Shown: one piece after another, positions 63,602-64,000 of the stretch | Numbering within the stretch: the stretch's first letter is position 1 | Layout: every line of letters begins with the position of its first letter | NCBI GenBank assembly: GCA_947447995.1 | Contig: CANFLQ010000002.1 | Span: forward strand, 14,002 to 78,001 | Direction: 5' to 3' | Source: Bacteroidota bacterium | GTDB taxonomy: Bacteria > Bacteroidota > Bacteroidia > 2-12-FULL-35-15 | DNA length: 64,000 nt | Program-made: the position numbers and the translations under genes | The notes under the pieces: model-generated | What the model saw: only the letters and a program-made list of their open reading frames with translations | Database searches by the model: none | What the model was told of the DNA's origin: nothing

Positions 63602-64000
63602 TTATTTATTAATATGTTCACGTAAGTGAATTAAAGCATCTTCAGCTTCTTTGCTTCGTTTATATAAACATGGTTTAGGTGTAGACTCTTCGTCTCCACT
63701 ACATTTACCACCAATATTAAATACCAAACCTATTGAGTGCTGGTAATAATTTGATCCACCAATTTTAGATTTAAATAAAGGTAATTTAGCTAAGGTTTGA
63801 AGATTTATTCCAAACTTTTTAGTTATCCAAAAATTAGCTCCGCCACCTAAGTTAAAATTAATAAACTGATCTTTACCCGATTTATCACTATAAGTATAAC
63901 CTCCTCCTGTTAAAAGGTAAGGGTCAAACCATTTAGTATCACCTATTAATGTATTTAAATCATATTTTAAATGAGCATCTAATGCTGCAAAAGTATGAGG
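63602..64000 (-). CDS. Outer-membrane beta-barrel-like protein. C-terminal part only; the gene continues beyond the window.
   Basis: Open minus-strand frame to the window edge ending ...RSKEAEDALIHLREHINK, with the stop at 63602-63604. Gly/aromatic-rich beta-strand pattern. Confidence 0.4.
   Translation of the reverse strand, partial: PHTFAALDAHLKYDLNTLIGDTKWFDPYLLTGGGYTYSDKSGKDQFINFNLGGGANFWITKKFGINLQTLAKLPLFKSKIGGSNYYQHSIGLVFNIGGKCSGDEESTPKPCLYKRSKEAEDALIHLREHINK

Overview
The window is a low-GC chromosomal segment (~33% GC by eye) typical of Bacteroidota (Flavobacteriia, Cytophagia or Sphingobacteriia). Supporting context: type IX secretion (T9SS) type-B cargo genes with a PorP/SprF partner, a Bacteroidetes-style fused ccoNO, and promoter motifs of the TAnnTTTG type. 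It is almost entirely housekeeping or accessory-metabolic sequence. I saw no transposases, integrases, CRISPR arrays, rRNA genes or tRNA genes.

Genes identified from protein motifs, in order:
- ispH, surE and lpxB.
- clpC and gyrA, which are divergent.
- queE, then guaA, hemF, guaB and an ABC exporter.
- Two SurA-like peptidyl-prolyl isomerases, a MoxR ATPase and yajQ.
- PorP/SprF with a T9SS cargo protein.
- ndk, the class A PBP (PBP1A) and two SF2 helicases.

At 43.9-52.3 kb on the minus strand lies an operon-like block: hemN, a queD-like gene, a TauE/SafE-like gene, fixH, ccoG, ccoP, ccoQ, the fused ccoNO and ccoS. Next come the desaturase, HMG-CoA lyase and pyrD. The window ends with a DtxR-family regulator plus a Nramp-USP fusion transporter, then smpB, dapA and OmpA-family genes.

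The most interesting locus is at 52.4-54.7 kb, directly upstream of the cbb3 oxidase/hemN block and divergent from it:
- A PAS-domain histidine kinase whose PAS domain resembles FixL-type heme PAS, with a His-triplet at the position of the proximal heme histidine.
- A hybrid response regulator that fuses a receiver domain to a Crp/FNR-type cNMP-binding plus HTH module.
- Two Crp/FNR-like palindromes in the shared intergenic region.
- This looks like a compressed FixL-FixJ-FixK-type oxygen-response circuit, with FixJ and FixK merged into one protein. As far as I know this arrangement is undescribed.

Other points worth a second look:
- A Nramp transporter with a C-terminal USP domain, next to a DtxR-like repressor that has a DtxR-box-like operator candidate.
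- A multi-nuclease DUF2779-like protein.
- Several long perfect inverted repeats at convergent gene ends, and candidate operators at the guaB, desaturase and clpC/gyrA promoters.
- Two small genes below the ORF-track cutoff, ccoQ and ccoS.
- A (TA)6 tract in the promoter of a T9SS cargo gene.
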